From Octopus bimaculoides (lineage: Eukaryota), in NCBI RefSeq assembly GCF_001194135.2, contig NC_068982.1, positions 161,088,676 through 161,152,675 of the forward strand: 64,000 nt of DNA, written 5' to 3'. Below, piece after piece: positions 26,757 to 37,999 of this stretch (positions are counted from its first letter, which is position 1; every line of letters starts with the position of its first letter). The notes beneath the pieces were generated by a model, which saw only the letters and a program-made list of their open reading frames with translations, searched no databases and was not told the origin of the DNA. Position numbers and translations under genes: made by a program.

Positions 26757-27983
26757 AATTATTATTATTATAATTATTATTATTATTATTATTGGTTACC
26801 CTTGAGTCATCAAGAGCATTCCAGCGTGAACATCCTGTATTGTTGTTTAATCTTAGTTCACTCTTGATTCAACAAAACTATGAACGAAAGAGTTTCAGTA
26901 TGACGATCTTGGCTTGAAGCTTATTCTATCTGTTTTGAGCTATAGTTAAAGACATGATCATCCCGTCTTATTTCAGACAGTATATTTCGGACTACGTTAT
27001 CTTTTGTGTACTTTCTTCTTTCTTTTTTAAGAGATTATACTGCGATTTGAACAAGGTTTGGCTGCTATTCCTAGTAACTTGTTCGACCGTATAGAGGCTC
27101 CCTCATTAACGGATCATCTGATTTTCGTGTATAATATATGCCGGACCATATTATCAGATGAATCCATTTTTGTGAGAGTAGAGTGTGATTTGTGGGAGAT
27201 GTGGCTGCTTTATCTATCTAATTCGTGTGGCTGCGTAAATAATTTCGTCGATACCTTACTGAGAGTTCAAATCCCACTGAAATAACTTGTTTTTCGTCCA
27301 AGAAATAATCGTCAAATTTCCTTCAAATTACACTGTACAGTAACCTTCAAAATACAAGGTCATATTAGAAAAGGTATTTTAATACACGCAATTGAAGAAA
27401 GAAATGGAATGGTATGGTCAAAGCTGAAACTCTTTATCTGAAATCTGCTCGTTGAAAAATTTCGTAGCAATACGCAATGGTTAAAACAACAGTCTGGGGA
27501 ATAGTTTCTTCTTTGATGTTGATTTCTGCTATATGCAGAAGCCGTTTCTTTTGAAGAAGAGAAAATACAATACAAACAAATATTTACCTTCATATTTGTA
27601 TACGTATTTATTATACAATGAATATAACAACCATTCTTTTCATAGAAGAAGCAGAGTCAGTTTATGGAGTAGAGGTTTCAGTGACTGCTCTATGCTTCGA
27701 AAATGCTTAAATATTTTTTTGGCAAATGCAGATGTTTCTATATTTTTTAAGCTAGACAAATGAGAAGTTAAACTTTGCCGTTTTAACGTTAATACCAGAC
27801 CGGAATTATATCTGTCTTATATCACGAAGGCACATCTCCTAATTTAAGATTCCACACTCAAAAACTTTCCAAACCTACAGTGGAATGTTATTCTTTACTT
27901 CTTTATGTTGTCTACTTCTTTGCGCGTTATATGGTTATAAACCGATTGAAGCGTACATCCACAATTAAAAGAATATGTGCTTG

Positions 27984-28145
<162 letters not shown>

Positions 28146-28300
28146 TTGATATAAACAGGAAAAATAGAACTCAAAATATGAGTATATGTATATTTTTATT
28201 AATATTTAGCAAAAGTAACAGAGTGACTAGTTTGATAAGTGCCAACGCACGAAACTCTCGGACTTTGAGTCACTCTGTTCTGTTAGCTATTAATAAATAA

Positions 28301-28351
<51 letters not shown>

Positions 28352-29909
28352 AAAAAACTAAAAGAAATGAGGGGTTTTCTGAGAAATTTCCACTTTAATA
28401 GTTAGATGTTTATGGATATTTGCGTGATAATCCGTTGTTGACGACCGAGCATCATTAGCTACAATGCCAGTACGCGAAATCCATACAACATGTTCAAGAA
28501 TTTTGTATTTAGCTTTATTTAGAGCTGTGCATGTGTAGTAAGTGACTGGTTCTTGGCCCATGAGTTGAAACTGATACAACTACACCGTGGAATGGGCATT
28601 CTGCCCATTTAATAGAAAAACTGCTGTTAAATTCACCTTTCATTTATTTCTTATGGTGTCAAAATTTTCGTTGCAAAACTGCATTCTGGTCACTGATACA
28701 GCTCTATTTAATAAATGACCACTTCCTATTGCTCTCAAACTTTTTCTTTCTTGTTCAGCATACAAACATGTGAGTCTATTGTATTCCTCTTCATTGGCTT
28801 CGACTTCTTGATATCGGTCATCGTTAGTCACTTCCATATTCCATTCTTTTGTCTGTTTACAATTTATTTTATATATCATTGCAGTCATTCAGCGTTTTTT
28901 CTCCTTTTCACCTTTCTCCTTTTTTTCTTTTTCTCTTAATAAAGGTGAGTCTGAATTCAAGCATATCTAGTTTGTTATGTATTAACAAAAGGTATTTCAG
29001 TAGCTTTCTCTACTGTATTGCAAGTTTATAGATTAGGTTCCTACTATGTAGATTACTTTTATTTCAAATGTGTTCTTAAAAAGGGAATATATATTGAACT
29101 AGAAATAATCTTCATACGTATGTATACATACTCACGTATACGTGTGTATGGAACTTGAGTGTATGAGGTATGTATGTATGCATGTATGTATGTATGTAAT
29201 ACACATTCATTTTAGTCATTGTCATTCCAAGAAAGATAGGCACTTGCCATTATTTCTGCTATTAAATTACCTCTAATGAACGCTAGGTTTGTTGAACTTG
29301 ACCAATTCATTCCCTTCAGATATTTAGAGTATTAGAATCACGGTTGCACATATAGATGGCATCTGTCTTAAAGCCGCCTTGAAGACCCACACAGTTTTAG
29401 AATTAGGAAAAATTCAGAATTAGAAAGATACTTCAGAATAAAAACTACCTTAAAAGCATAGTATCGGTTGCCAAGAGCAGAAATATAATGCTAGTAAAAA
29501 AAAACATATCACGATCTGTTTACTTTGCAGAGAGTTCCATACAATATCAGGATAGTATTCAGAAACATATCTACTCTTCGTCGATATCTCTCCTGAACAA
29601 AACTTCCATCATGTGAAATCATAAACAGAAACTATGTGTTTTGTATCCCATAAAGTTATGCCAGTGAATGCTAAGGTGAGAGTAGTAACCACTAAAAGTA
29701 GGACTAGAGAAAAATCGTAATTAGAGGAGTGAGAAAAACAGGCATGGCTGATAGTTTGTTGAGGGTAAGAAAGTCACCAACAACTTGTGAAACAAAGTCA
29801 AGAATATTAACAATAATGAAATGTAAGATGACCGAAAGAAGCAGCGAATATACGCTTTGTTAACCTCCAAAATACACCTACCATACAGATGACCACCACA
29901 TGGTAATTA

Positions 29910-30630
29910 TTAGGTTGTCAAGAAAGTTCTTGCTGTTTTTAACCTTTAAATTCAGATGCACATATCTCGGCTCAAACAAAACTTTATTAATTAAAATAAA
30001 CACCATCAGAATCAATACATTTTTGCCAACGCGAAACAAGTTTATTTATGCCAGTAGCGTAAACATTTTGCGTTCTGGTGACGATGAAGTCGTTGAAGGC
30101 GTGTTTGGCATCGTCTTGGTTTTTGAAGCATTTCTCAGGCAAGAAGTTGTCGAGATGCTTGAAAAAGTGGTAGCCGGTAGGCGAGAGGTCTGGTGAGTAT
30201 GGCGGATGAGGCAGAGTTTCGTAGCCCAATTCGTTCAACTTCTGTAGGGTCAGTTGTGTGACGTGCGGCCGAGCGTTGTTGTAGAGAATTGGTCCTTTTC
30301 TATTGACCAATGCCGGCTGTTGTTGTCGGAGTTTCTTATGCATTTCATTCATTTGCTGACAGTACTTCTCCGCCGTAATGGTTTCGCCTGAATCCAAAAA
30401 TCTGTGATGGATGAGACCGGCCGCAGACCACCAAACAGTCACCATGACCTTCTTTTGGTGCAACTTTGGCTTCGGGAAGTGCCGTGGAGCTTCGTCGGCG
30501 TCCAACTAGTGAGCTGAGCGTCGCTGGTTGTCGTAAAGAATCCACTTTTCATCGCAAGTCACAATCCGGTCGAGAAACGGATCGTTCTTGTTGCGTAAAA
30601 GAAGGGAAGATGACACTTCAAAACGGCGTT

Positions 30631-30663
<33 letters not shown>

Positions 30664-31125
30664 GTTGTCGTTCAATTTGTGCGGCACCCATCTCTCAAGT
30701 ATTTTTGTTTTTCCAATCTCTCTCAAGTGGTTGGAAATTGTCGTATACGTTACGTCTAATTCAGAAGCAAGCTCTCGAACAGTTGTGCGTGGATTGGCTT
30801 CCACTAAGGCTCTTAGTTGATCGTTGTCAACATCCGATGGCCGGCAACTACATTTATCATCTTCAAGACTCTCGTCACCGCGACGAAATTTCTTGAACTA
30901 CCATTGTGCTGTACGTTCATTAGTGGTTCCTGGGCCAAACATATCGTTGATATCGCGAGCTGTTTCAGCAGCTTTTCAGCCTAGCTTGAACTGGAATTTA
31001 AAAAATTGTGCGAATTTGCTTTTTGTCGATGGTGTATTCAACATTCCGGAAAAAATGGTCTAATTATTCAAAAAGAAAAAGCCTAACACGATTAGATAGA
31101 ACGAAAAACGGGCTTTAAAGTGATA
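29910..31125 (-). mobile_element. Mariner (cecropia subfamily, Hsmar1-like) DNA transposon; one TIR present, other end at an N gap
   Basis: TA + TTAGGTTGTCAAGAAAGTTCTTGCTGTTTT at 29908-29939 resembles mariner TIRs; a near-complete transposase follows on the minus strand. Confidence 0.95.
29987..31044 (-). pseudogene. Mariner transposase pseudogene
   Basis: KKQIRTIF, GPGTTNERTAQW, WVPHKL, DRIVTCDEKWILYDN, HPPYSPDLSP. In-frame stops, frameshifts and an A30 run; second and third catalytic Asp regions altered (LYNNARPH; SPTGYH). Confidence 0.93.
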
Positions 31126-32044
31126 NNNNNNNNNNNNNNNNNNNNATATATATATATATACACACACATATACATACATTCATACGTGAAGAACAGTACT
31201 GGAATAGCTTAGGATTCAAAGACCCACAGCTATTTGAAATCTTGTCAAAAGTCGAGAGATATATAATCAATGCGGGTAGATGTTTCCAAGAAACAATTTG
31301 ACCTTCTGCTGCCCAAGATCTGAGATGAATCTTAAATCATGACAAGAAACTCAAAAGAGGGCAGCAATATCAAACTCCCTCCTTCACCAAAAGCCAATCA
31401 TAAAGTTTGGGTTGAAATTTGTAAAAGAATAAAAGAAGAAAAGAATATATCACATATACGCATATAATAAATATAATATGGAAAGACACCGTGCAGACTA
31501 CGACAGTAAATAAAGTAGAAATAAATTTAAACATTTATTCTCTCTGTGCGGTTCCGTACTGTTCCGCAGCCCGGTGGTTGGTGTCCCTGCTTTAAATCAT
31601 CCACAAATTTCTTATGCATGTACATATAAATATGGTAACGAAAACCACTTCTACACGATGGCTAGATTTGATAGATACAAAAGCCAAATCTCACCCAATT
31701 CATCACTAGATATATTTCAGTTGAAATGGGGCTACACAAGAACATCAACACATGTTGAAAACAAATATCCACATAGACACAACAACTATATTCATGTGCC
31801 ACATGCACACAACAAAGATATGCACACGCACATACACACAACCACGGGCAAATCTCGTTAAAGACTACAATATGCACAGAATCGTCTGACTTCATGAAAT
31901 ACGGTCAAGGATGGCTGTTTCAACGTCTTTCTCCATCTCCTTTTCACTGATCTTCCCACTTCCTCCACCTTCATCTCTTTATCTCCCAATTTCCTATCTC
32001 TTTCACTCTCTTTTTCTCTCTCTTTCTCTCACTCTCTCTCTCTT

Positions 32045-32077
<33 letters not shown>

Positions 32078-32642
32078 TTCCCTCTCTCCTCTTCTTTGTT
32101 TCGCAGACAAATACTTCCTATCTTATATGAGTGTGTGTGTGTGTACGTGTGTGTGTGCGTATGTGTGTGTGTGCGTGTGTGTGCGTGTACGTCTGTGTGC
32201 GTGTGTGTACGTACATGTATGTAAGTGTATGCATCTGTCTCACACTCTCTCTATCATTCTCACTTTCTCTTGCTCTTTCTTACTCTCACTTTCTCTGTAC
32301 AAATATATGTACACACACACACANNNNNNNNNNNNNNNNNNNNNNNNNNNNNNNNNNNNNNNNNNNNNNNNNNNNNNNNNNNNNNNNNNNNNNNNNNNNN
32401 NNNNNNNNNNNNNNNNNNNNNNNNNNNNNNNNNNNNNNNNNNNNNNNNNNNNNNNNNNNNNNNNNNNNNNNNNNNNNNNNNNNNNNNNNNNNNNNNNNNN
32501 NNNNNNNNNNNNNNNNNNNNNNNNNNNNNNNNNNNNNNNNNNNNNNNNNNNNNNNNNNNNNNNNNNNNNNNNNNNNNNNNNNNNNNNNNNNNNNNNNNNA
32601 AAAAAGACAAAGTAGAAAATGCTAAAATACTTTTATAAAGAA

Positions 32643-32690
32643 CATTACAGAACCGGTTTCGATCCTTGAGATCTTTTCAACAGTAAATAT
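32643..32690 (-). ncRNA. Degenerate minimal hammerhead-ribozyme-like motif (Penelope pLTR type)
   Basis: rc CUGUUGA-AAA-GAUC-UCAAG-GAUC-GAAA-CCGG-UU-CUGUAAUG: stem II and a palindromic stem III are present, stem I is decayed. Confidence 0.45.
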
Positions 32691-32752
32691 GAATAATAGA
32701 TTTTTGATAAATTTAAAAGAAAAGTCTTTTTAAAGACATATTTGTATAGTAT

Positions 32753-33465
32753 CTAAGTAACAGCGGCATTTTTCTTGCTTCTGCCTGTCTCTGTTTCATT
32801 TGTTAACTCAGTAGTTAGACCCAAACCTGGATCGATAAATGGAAAAGTCTGTTGCTTGAAACCATCCACTGGATGCCACCCATTCCCAGAAGTATCAGCT
32901 TGATTATTATTTGCTTTTTCAGTGTCACTTTCAGAATCTAATTCAGAAATATCTGTATTGGTGCTAGAAATATCAGATGGATGATAAAAATCATCATCTG
33001 AACACAAATCACATTGGGAATTATCATCTCCATCTTCACTGCTGGAACTGCTCAAAACGGTTTTTCTTTTCTTAGAACTGTAAAAGAAATTCACTGGTAC
33101 TTTGCTTGGATCAGTGCTCATTATGAAGTATTGCAAATTAATATTTAGGTTTGCTAATTTAGATTATGCTAATTTACAAATTATAGACAATTAATAACCT
33201 GGAAAGAAAGAAAAAAGAGTTAGTATGCTATATCTCTAAAATTTCCATACGACCCACGAGCAGGTCGTGTGGTATCTAGGATGTGATATGAACTAGGCTA
33301 CCACACGACACTCCGGTGGGACGTGAGTATCTAACACTACTTATGTGATCCTTGCCTCACATATGGTATAGTGTAGAAATATTACGCCGCTCTTGTCAAA
33401 ATTAAGATATCGTATTGGGACCCTGGGATAAAGCATAAAATTATGCTCGGGAGCCAACGTGTTAA
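32753..33465 (-). mobile_element. piggyBac-like transposon 5' fragment
   Basis: TTAA followed by CACGTTG at 33465->33455. The 127-aa ORF 32753-33136 is acidic/Ser-rich with W..V......FPF...G, as in piggyBac N-termini. No catalytic domain. Confidence 0.5.
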
Positions 33466-34075
33466 ATAATATATGTCACTCCTACTAAATGTTTTGAGTG
33501 TTACTTTCTGTTGTTTGTTTAATCACTCATATATNNNNNNNNNNNNNNNNNNNNNNNNNNNNNNNNNNNNNNNNNNNNNNNNNNNNNNNNNNNNNNNNNN
33601 NNNNNNNNNNNNNNNNNNNNNNNNNNNNNNNNNNNNNNNNNNNNNNNNNNNNNNNNNNNNNNNNNNNNNNNNNNNNNNNNNNNNNNNNNNNNNNNNNNNN
33701 NNNNNNNNNNNNNNNNNNNNNNNNNNNNNNNNNNNNNNNNNNNNNNNNNNNNNNNNNNNNNNNNNNNNNNNNNNNNNNNNNNNNNNNNNNNNNNNNNNNN
33801 NNNNNNNNNNNNNNNNNNNNNNNNNNNNNNNNNNNNNNNNNNNNNNNNNNNNNNNNNNNNNNNNNNNNNNNNNNNNNNNNNNNNNNNNNNNNNNNNNNNN
33901 NNNCGAAACCGATTTGATATTTGAATAAATTTATTACAAAATGTAAAAGTGACTACACATTCTGAGATTTAGGTGTATTTTCAAACCCCAAAACAAATTC
34001 TCGTATATTTTTTCCTGCGTAGGAATACACGTCTTCTCTCCATATACATATACAAACACATATATATATATATTC

Positions 34076-34466
34076 TTTTATTCTTTTACTTGTTTCAGTC
34101 ATTTGACTGCGGCCATGCTGGAGTACCACCTTTAGTCGAGCAAAGCGACCTCAGGACTTATTCTTTGTAAGCCTAGTACTTATCCTATCGGTACTTTTTG
34201 CCGAACCGCTATGTTACGGGAACGCAAACACACCAACATCGGTTGTCAAACGATGGTGGAGGGACAAACACAGACACACAAATATATACACATATATACA
34301 TATATATACGACGGGACTTTTTCAGTTTGCGTCTACCAAATCTACTCACAAGGCTTTCGTCGGCCCGTGGCTATAGTAAAAGACACTTGCCCAAGGTGCA
34401 ATGCAGTGGGACTGGACCCGGAACCATGTGATTGGTAAGCAAGCTATTTACCACACAGCCACTCCT
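34076..34466 (-). mobile_element. Full-length CORE-type tRNA-derived SINE (octopus OR-like, family B) with central microsatellite
   Basis: rc head aggagtggctgtgtggtaa...ggttccggg..cagtcccactgc..caccttgggcaagtgtc (CORE-like ccttgggcaag); tail ccagcatggccgcagtcaaatgactgaaacaagtaaaag. Confidence 0.9.
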
Positions 34467-34587
34467 ATGTATATATGTATGTATGTATATATTTCCATAT
34501 ATATATATACATATTTATATAAAAAAAGGGAGAGAGTGTGTGTGTGTCTCTGTGTGTATCTGTGTGTCTGTGTGTGACGCTCACATA

Positions 34588-34621
<34 letters not shown>

Positions 34622-35476
34622 GATAGACATGTTGGAGCCTAATAGAGAGTGTGTTGAAAAATCTCGATTACGGAGATTATCGTTGTAATTAGAAGACAGT
34701 CACTCTGCGAAGTGTTGAAAATCTATTGACAACAATCAAGGCAGAAAACCCCAGTAACATCAACCAATAACAATAAACTGAGCAAGACAAATTCAAGAAA
34801 CGCCCAATATAGGGGAAACCAGAACCATAAATCAAGTTTGTGAGAAAAGGATTGAAAGACGTCAATCACTGGCATGAAGAAACGATTTACTACGAAGGAT
34901 CCAATCATGGAATATGATGCTAAACTTGTAAGGGAGCTTGTAATTCCCTTACGTAATGGTAGTGGTGTGGGTGAATGTTTTGGTGGGAGTAGTGGTGGTG
35001 GTGCTGCTGGTGGTTATGATGATAGAGGTGGAGCTATTTAAACTTTTGCATGAGTGCAGCGAGAAAGGATGGTAAACACAGCTATTCCCATTCCAGGTTG
35101 GCTACAGATGATTCCTTGTCCAATCAGGATAGAGAATGAATGCTGACAGCCGGTGGAATGATTGGAAAAGATGAAGACAACCGATCGCGGTATAAGGAGA
35201 ACCAGCAAAAGAAGCCCATTGTTGGTTATGGAGCATGAGAGAAGAGCTAAACTGAGAGACAGAAAGAGGAGATAGGCAGTGATTTATTTGGCCATTACTG
35301 CCGACCCGTCAACGATAGAATGTTAGGGCTCATGATGGAAATAACCAATGAACATTGGACACCGTCTGACATCAACTAACTCTATCCAAAATTATAACTG
35401 AAGGTGAAGAAGAGAAAACATCTTTCAGATGTAATCATTCACTTGTGTGTGTGTCTGTGTGTGAGGGAGAGAGAGA

Positions 35477-35518
<42 letters not shown>

Positions 35519-36311
35519 ATGTGTATATTTATTTGTTTTGTAAAGCTACTAAGTATATAAATAGTACTCCTGCATTGTCATATAATACATAACATTTGTA
35601 GAGTAATATATACGGTTGACTATTGTTCCATTATACCCATTAGTTAGAGTTTCGCGCCGGCTAGACGGTCCCCAGACGACATGTCAAAGAGGAAATATGC
35701 ATGTAATAGTAAAAAAAGAAAGATATCTTAAGTGAAATTTGATATTTAAATTGATAAAGTGAGGGAGAATGCTAAATACCGCACAGCATTTACTGTCCCA
35801 CTGAGATAACGGTGGTGGTGGTGGTGGTGGTGGTCATGACGTTGGCGGCGTCGTTGATTGTGAACGTGATTGGTGGCAGTGATAGTGGTAGTGATGGTGG
35901 TGGTCATGATGGTAGTGATGATAATGCTGGTAACGACAGTGAAATTGCAAATGATAACGGTCCTGTGTGTAGACGACAGTGGAACTGTTGTCCGTGTTAA
36001 AACTGTTGGGGATGATGGTGAAGGTTATAATGATAGGATGATAAGTGGTGTATAAAGTGCATTCTAGAAGTTTTGAAACTTTTTCAGGAGAGACATTTAG
36101 GAACTTTATAGTTCCAAACTAAAGACAGATAACTAATATGGAAATATGAAAAACAAAATGTCTGTAATAAAAAGATTATGCTGCAACACTGTCATGTCAT
36201 TAGTAGTAAAAATATCTCGAAGAAAATCTATTAGACATATATTGCTACCAGGTAAAGAAAAATTAACATATATACATATATATAGACATACATACATATA
36301 TATATAGACAT

Positions 36312-36362
<51 letters not shown>

Positions 36363-36780
36363 NNNNNNNNNNNNNNNNNNNNNNNNNNNNNNNNNNNNNN
36401 NNNNNNNNNNNNNNNNNNNNNNNNNNNNNNNNNNNNNNNNNNNNNNNNNNNNNNNNNNNNNNNNNNNNNNNNNNNNNNNNNNNNNNNNNNNNNNNNNNNN
36501 NNNNNNNNNNNNNNNNNNNNNNNNNNNNNNNNNNNNNNNNNNNNNNNNNNNNNNNNNNNNNNNNNNNNNNNNNNNNNNNNNNNNNNNNNNNNNNNNNNNN
36601 NNNNNNNNNNNNNNNNNNNNNNNNNNNNNNNNNNNNNNNNNNNNNNNNNNNNNNNNNNNNNNNNNNNNNNNNNNNNNNNNNNNNNNNNNNNNNNNNNNNN
36701 NNNNNNNNNNNNNNNNNNNNNNNNNNNNNNNNNNNNNNNNNNNNNNNNNNNNNNNNNNNNNNNNNNNNNNNNNNNNNNNN

Positions 36781-36855
36781 GTCGATTTGCTCGACTAAAG
36801 GCGGTGCTCCAGCATGGCCGCAGTCAAATGACTGAAACAAGTAAAAGAAAGAAAA
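36781..36855 (+). mobile_element. 3' end of family B SINE (rest in gap)
   Basis: gtcgatttgctcgactaaaggcggtgctccagcatggccgcagtcaaatgactgaaacaagtaaaaga. Confidence 0.85.
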
Positions 36856-36858
36856 GAA

Positions 36859-36927
<69 letters not shown>

Positions 36928-37149
36928 CGTGAGTGTATGTCTGTGTACAAAAAGTATCCGGCTTTATTTACTCCTGCCAAAACTAATGCTGCGTATGCAA
37001 GATCCTTTTAGTGGAAGGTGACACCACTCTTCCTGCGCATACGTGAATATTTTCGCGCCGATTTGCGCGTCAGTTCCCGGCTGTTAAAGTGCAAACATGT
37101 ATTGCGCGCTCATTGGATTTTCGTTTCTCGTTTGATAACAGAATGCATC

Positions 37150-37646
37150 GAGCAGAATAGCTAGTCACAAAATCTGAAGAAGGGATCAGATTAGTAAGTA
37201 TACCAACAAGTAAAGTTAATCGCCACCTCAAAGTGGCTGTTCTATGTAACTACTAGTCAGGTCTTTCGCCAGATGGTTATTGCATCGGCGACCAGGTACT
37301 CACTACTTTGCTTGTTGCAAATCATTGATCGATGGTCGCTTTGTTTATAATATACTCCTGGCTAGAGCGGACACTGGCTATCACTCAAGCGACTGAGGAT
37401 GAGCCAACCAGCTCGAAAGTGAGTTAGTCTCGCAATCCTGTTGTCTGCTAGATGATGGTAAGGGTTCGCTCCCCAACTAGCAATATATATGAGGCAGCGG
37501 TGCACCGATAACCAGCTGGTAGATTTGCCTGGGGTTAAACTAGTAGTAACATGGAACAGCCACTTTGATGTGGCAATTGACTTTACTTGTCAGTATAGTT
37601 ACTACTCTGATTTCTTCTTGAGATTTCACAACTAGCTATTTTGCTC
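37150..37646. mobile_element. ~500-bp foldback element with ~145-bp terminal inverted arms
   Basis: 37150-~37295 vs rc of ~37495-37646, e.g. acaagtaaagttaatcgccacctcaaagtggctgttctatgtaactactag vs rc acaagtaaagtcaattgccacatcaaagtggctgttccatgttactactag. Confidence 0.85.
37389..37433 (+). ncRNA. Type I hammerhead ribozyme-like motif
   Basis: GCGA-CUGAGGA-U-GAGC(CAACCA)GCUC-GAAA-GUGAGUUAG-UC/UCGC: exact CUGANGA core, 4-bp stem II, GAAA, GUC cleavage triplet, 4-bp stem I. Position 15.2 is G rather than C. Confidence 0.65.
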
Positions 37647-37773
37647 ATATATATATCTATATATATATATATATATAGGAGCATTTACGAAAAAACATTT
37701 ACGAAACAAACGAAGACAGGTGGTGTAAACAACAAATGGATGTATTAGTTTAACGCTCGAGAATAGAGAAAGT

Positions 37774-37808
37774 CTTTCACGTTTCGAGCTACGCTCTTCA
37801 ACTGAAAG
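37774..37808 (-). ncRNA. Inactive-looking minimal hammerhead-like motif
   Basis: rc CUUU-CAGUUGA-A-GAGC(GUA)GCUC-GAAA-CG-U-G-AAAG: stems I and II are intact, but the core is altered and H17 is G. Confidence 0.45.
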
Positions 37809-37999
37809 GAACACAGAAAGAAATAAGGAGAGAAACAAGGAGAAAAAATATATAAATGTAGTGGTCAGCGATCTATCATATATATGTATGTATAGAAATA
37901 TGTGTGTGCGCATTTATATGTGTGTATATATATATGCGGCAAAAAGAAAATGGAGGAGATACAGAAATGACATACATCAACCAGTAGACATTCTTTTAT

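Noticed and set aside
29480-29770. Minus-strand hydrophobic stretch (SLVLLLVVTTLTLAFTGITLW) as a receptor TM/TIR remnant
   Set aside because: Hydrophobic runs are common in T-rich frames, and the TIR motifs were not convincing.
31165-31470. Plus-strand protein-like segments (EEQYWNSLGFKDPQLFEIL; NHKVWVEICKRIKE)
   Set aside because: Short, in different frames, with no splice signals or recognisable domain.
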